From: Oscillospiraceae bacterium | Lineage (GTDB): Bacteria > Bacillota > Clostridia > Oscillospirales > SIG519 | Direction: 5' to 3' | Length of the DNA: 17,752 nucleotides | Assembly: GCA_015067255.1 (NCBI GenBank) | Contig: SVMS01000034.1 | Coordinates: 1 to 17,752, forward strand | Shown: piece after piece, positions 15,187 through 17,752 of the stretch | Numbering within the stretch: position 1 is the first letter of the stretch | Layout: each line of letters starts with the position of its first letter | Notes under the pieces: model-generated | Seen by the model: the letters and a program-made list of their open reading frames with translations, nothing else | Told to the model about the DNA's origin: nothing | Databases searched by the model: none | Program-made: the position numbers and the translations under genes

Positions 15187-16509
15187 ATGAGAGGAATACT
15201 CAGCGGAATGGTTATGCAGCGCAACGAGAATAATGTTTGCGAAATTTATATTAAAGAAAAGATAAAAAGCGCAACTTATACAGGCGCATCAGCAGGCGAG
15301 CTTAAGGTTGAAGAAACCCAAAAAGGCACACGCTTGACAGGTATGGCTGTGGGCGGTCCGTATACTGTAAATATAGACGGCGAAATTTTTGAAGATATCT
15401 ACGTGGGAGACCTGTGGATGCTTGCAGGTCAGTCCAATATGGAAGGCTGCGGAGAGATAACAAAAGAGGATATTGAAGCTCCCGTTGATGAAGAGATAAG
15501 AGCTTATTATATGCAGGGGGAATGGGGAGCTGCAAAGCATCCTCTTTGCGATTTGGCAAAAACCCCTTATAAAGCACATAAAAAACTTCTTCCCGAGGGA
15601 TTTGTCAAGGGAACCGGAAATGTAGGTCCGGGACTTTCCTTTGCTCAGGAAATGAAAAAATATTCGGGCGGTGTACCTCAGGGCGTAATCAATGCGGCGC
15701 ACGGCGGAACAAGCACAACCCAATGGAGCCCCGATATTAAAAACGAAGGTACAGACGGTAGCCTTTATGCCGCTATGGTAGAAAGATTTGAGCTTAACGG
15801 CTCCAATGTGAGAGGAATGTTCTGGTATCAGGGCTGTTCGGATACATTACCTGAGGACAGCGTAAAATTCACCGAAAGAACTCTTAAAATTTTTGAAGAA
15901 GCAAGAAAGGATTTCGGCAAGGATATCCCAATTGTTCAGGTGCAGATAGGCCCTGTATATTTTTGCGTTGAAGAAAGCAGAACTGACAGCTGGAGCAGTG
16001 TAAAAATGCAGCAGTATGATTTGAATGAGAAGATTTCGGGTATTGATACAATTACAGCAATTGACAAAGAGCTCTCTGACTGTATTCATCTTACAAGTAA
16101 GTCGCAGGCACAGGTGGGTAAGGATGCGGCAGAGAGTATGGCGCACTTGCTATGGCCCGAGAAAAAAGATATTTTAGCGGCGCCGAGAGTTAAAAAAGTG
16201 TGGGTAGAAAGCGTTGATGCGTGGCGCAATCGTATTTTGGTAGAGCTTGAAAATCTTCACGGCTCACTTACAAGCAAGGGACGTCCTTGGGGCTTTGCTT
16301 TAAGCTCTTCTCCCGACACAGTAAATGAGGATTCAATACATAGAGTGTCCCTTGAGGGAAACAAGGCAGTTATATATACCCAAAGAACAATTCCTGAGCT
16401 TAAAGAGAGATATCTCTATTACGGTTGGGGCAGAAGCCCTTACTGCAACATCACAGACGAAAAAGGCCGTGCAATTTGCGCTTTTGGACCGGTTAAATTA
16501 GGAGAATAG
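15187..16509 (+). CDS. SASA-family carbohydrate acetylesterase (sialate O-acetylesterase-like, DUF303), cytoplasmic
   Basis: 440 aa. DLWMLAGQSNMEG is the SASA/SGNH block-I nucleophile motif. GGTSTTQWSP and MFWYQGCSD blocks. No signal peptide. Confidence 0.8.
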   Translation: MRGILSGMVMQRNENNVCEIYIKEKIKSATYTGASAGELKVEETQKGTRLTGMAVGGPYTVNIDGEIFEDIYVGDLWMLAGQSNMEGCGEITKEDIEAPVDEEIRAYYMQGEWGAAKHPLCDLAKTPYKAHKKLLPEGFVKGTGNVGPGLSFAQEMKKYSGGVPQGVINAAHGGTSTTQWSPDIKNEGTDGSLYAAMVERFELNGSNVRGMFWYQGCSDTLPEDSVKFTERTLKIFEEARKDFGKDIPIVQVQIGPVYFCVEESRTDSWSSVKMQQYDLNEKISGIDTITAIDKELSDCIHLTSKSQAQVGKDAAESMAHLLWPEKKDILAAPRVKKVWVESVDAWRNRILVELENLHGSLTSKGRPWGFALSSSPDTVNEDSIHRVSLEGNKAVIYTQRTIPELKERYLYYGWGRSPYCNITDEKGRAICAFGPVKLGE

Positions 16510-16511
16510 CT

Positions 16512-17306
16512 ATGGACTATATAAATTATTATAAATTCAACGATAAAGCAGAAAAACCCCTTGAAAGAATAGTTGAGGATGGCGGCTTTTGTAAAATTTT
16601 CAGAACAATCGGCTGTGTGGGTGACAGCCTTTCCTCAGGAGAATTTGAGTCCTTGGACGAGCAGGGAAACATAGGCTATCACGATTTGTACGAATATTCC
16701 TGGGGACAGTTTCTTGCAAGGGACTGTGGCTGTAAGGTCTTTAATTTTTCAAGAGGCGGAATGACGGCAAAGGAATATATGCAGTCCTTTGCGCAGGATA
16801 ACGGCTTCTGGGATGACGACAAGGTTTGCCAAGCCTATATAATCGCCTTAGGCGTAAATGACATATTGAATATGAAGCAAGAAATAGGAAGCGTTTCTGA
16901 CATAGATTTAAAGGACTATAACAACAATAAGGACACCTTTGCAGGCTGGTATTCAAGAATAATTCAGCGCTTAAAGGAAAAACAGCCCAAGGCAAGATTT
17001 TTCCTTGTAACTATGCCTCAAAATGAAAACGGCCCCGTATCAAAGGAGCATACTGAGCTGTTATATGAGCTGTCAAAGCTTTTTGAATATACATACGTTA
17101 TAGATTTAGATAAATATGCTCCCGTCTATGACGAACAATTCAGAAAAATATTCTATTTAAGCGGTCATTTAAACGCCGCAGGCTACGTCTTTACAGCAAA
17201 AATTATGGAAAGCTACATCGATTACATAATAAGACACAATATGGACGATTTTTGCCAAATCGGCTTCGTAGGCACAGAATACCACAACGTAAAATATAAA
17301 TGGTAA
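16512..17306 (+). CDS. SGNH/GDSL-family hydrolase (lipase/acylhydrolase-like esterase), cytoplasmic
   Basis: 264 aa. GCVGDSLSSG (GDSL block I), GVNDILN (block III), SGHLNAAGY (block V His). RBS AGGAGA. Starts 2 nt after the upstream stop, so it is co-transcribed. Confidence 0.8.
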   Translation: MDYINYYKFNDKAEKPLERIVEDGGFCKIFRTIGCVGDSLSSGEFESLDEQGNIGYHDLYEYSWGQFLARDCGCKVFNFSRGGMTAKEYMQSFAQDNGFWDDDKVCQAYIIALGVNDILNMKQEIGSVSDIDLKDYNNNKDTFAGWYSRIIQRLKEKQPKARFFLVTMPQNENGPVSKEHTELLYELSKLFEYTYVIDLDKYAPVYDEQFRKIFYLSGHLNAAGYVFTAKIMESYIDYIIRHNMDDFCQIGFVGTEYHNVKYKW

Positions 17307-17326
17307 AATTCCCCAAACCGCAAAAA

Positions 17327-17362
17327 AATAACGCATTGAATTAAAAATGCGTTATTTTTTCT
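17327..17362. terminator. strong bidirectional rho-independent terminator
   Basis: 11-bp perfect stem aataacgcatt (17327-17337) / aatgcgttatt (17346-17356). Loop gaattaaa. A-run upstream (17322-17328) and T-run downstream (17357-17360). Confidence 0.75.
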
Positions 17363-17375
17363 TTCGCTAAACACC

Positions 17376-17404
17376 TTGACTGATAAAAAAAGATTTGATA
17401 TAAT
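17376..17404 (+). promoter_or_regulatory. perfect-consensus sigma-A promoter driving the non-coding/tRNA-like region
   Basis: TTGACT (17376-17381), 17-nt spacer, TGa-extended -10 TATAAT (17399-17404). Predicted transcription start near 17411. Confidence 0.6.
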
Positions 17405-17458
17405 ACAAAAAGGTGTGATAAGGTGAAAAGTAAGATTTATCCGAAAAAATAAGCTCAC

Positions 17459-17542
17459 CCTCGGTTTGCTTGCCGTGTAAAAATCAAAGCGTTGCGGATT
17501 AAGCGAAATGCTCCGCCTCGGCAGTCCTCGCCGTGTAAAAAT
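17459..17542 (+). repeat. two imperfect 26/27-nt direct repeats (period 58 nt) in the transcribed leader
   Basis: cctcgg-tttgcttg-ccgtgtaaaaat (17459-17484) and cctcgg-cagtcctcg-ccgtgtaaaaat (17516-17542). Shared 6-nt and 13-nt blocks. Each has CGG-N7/8-CCG mini-hairpin potential followed by UGUAAAAAU. Confidence 0.45.
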
Positions 17543-17593
17543 AGAGGAACCTCCTACTTCTTACCTCTTACCTATTACTTATTACTTTAAGAC

Positions 17594-17632
17594 GCGGGTA
17601 TGGCGGAATTGGCAGACGCGTATGGTTCAGGT
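17594..17632 (+). tRNA. tRNA-Leu-like 5' half (acceptor 5' strand, D-arm, TATGG + loop TTCAGGT with CAG anticodon); 3' half not found before window end - intron-interrupted, truncated or pseudo-tRNA
   Basis: GCGGGTATGGCGGAATTGGCAGACGCG matches the canonical bacterial tRNA-Leu 5' region. Compared with E. coli tRNA-Leu GCGAAGGTGGCGGAATTGGTAGACGCG it is 22/27 identical, and the differences lie in the acceptor stem. The downstream TTTTA cannot pair with TATGG. No GGTTCGAATCC-like T-arm or 3' acceptor strand occurs in the remaining 120 nt. Confidence 0.35.
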
Positions 17633-17752
17633 TTTTACACCATTTTTGACGAGTTCCCGATATGCCGAAATATCCCGAAAAGACTGGCATTCTCAGCAGA
17701 AAAGCGGTGTGCGGTTGGCACGTAAGATTCAGGTATTCATTCTAAGAGTGAA

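Noticed and set aside
17508-17752. Open reading frame running from ATG 17508 off the end of the window (MLRLGSPRRVKIEEPPTSYLLPITYYFKTRVWRNWQTR...), more than 81 codons without a stop in an AT-rich genome
   Set aside because: It has no SD before the ATG. It is preceded by tandem repeats and contains the tRNA-Leu-like sequence. The strong promoter, repeat and tRNA-like features favour a non-coding locus. I do not exclude it fully: a stop-free run this long is unusual in AT-rich DNA, so it should be checked by homology search once the downstream sequence is available.
1-17752. Mobile elements, CRISPR arrays, restriction-modification or toxin-antitoxin pairs
   Set aside because: I saw no transposase or integrase signatures, no terminal inverted repeats flanking a gene block, and no regularly spaced direct repeats. 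I saw no small two-gene cassettes of the toxin-antitoxin type. The region reads as core-like chromosome apart from the tRNA-like oddity at the 3' edge.

Overview
This 17.7-kb window looks like ordinary chromosomal DNA from a low-GC Gram-positive bacterium, class Clostridia. AGGAGG-type ribosome-binding sites and TGn-extended -10 promoters fit that. A type-I dockerin on one protein suggests a cellulosome- or amylosome-producing Ruminococcus-like organism; this is inference from the sequence, not a database result. I support 11 protein-coding genes:

- 1..591 (+): a 5'-truncated protein with a CxxC motif and a C-terminal membrane anchor.
- 777..1969 (+): a two-gene ThrE-type bipartite exporter (DUF1212 + DUF3815), translationally coupled.
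- 2209..3174 (+): a membrane protein with a beta-rich ectodomain.
- 3401..6970 (+): a probable four-gene operon encoding a MerR-like HTH protein (DUF1836-like), an NfeD protein, a flotillin (SPFH) and a zinc-ribbon membrane protein. It is driven by a perfect-consensus promoter with a palindrome in its spacer.
- 7272..12122 (-): a convergent 1616-aa secreted protein with a signal peptide, two duplicated Cys/GLUG-type beta-helix modules, a FIVAR-like segment, a Listeria-Bacteroides-type repeat and a C-terminal type-I dockerin.
- 12141..15050 (-): a 969-aa SNF2-family helicase with a GTG start, ending 18 bp upstream of the dockerin gene.
- 15187..17306 (+): a divergent pair of cytoplasmic esterases, a SASA-family acetylesterase and an SGNH/GDSL hydrolase.

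The last 445 bp are non-coding by my reading. They hold a strong bidirectional terminator, a perfect TTGACT-17-TATAAT promoter, a pair of 26/27-nt direct repeats, and a sequence matching the 5' half of a tRNA-Leu (acceptor, D-arm, loop TTCAGGT). The tRNA match has no anticodon 3' stem, no T-arm and no 3' acceptor before the window ends. The same stretch is also an open reading frame running off the window edge.

I found no transposase, integrase, CRISPR array or recognisable defence island. The most unusual items are the interrupted or truncated tRNA-Leu-like element, the palindrome-dense region at 2000-2180, the MerR-like/NfeD/flotillin/Zn-ribbon module, and the duplicated architecture of the giant dockerin protein.
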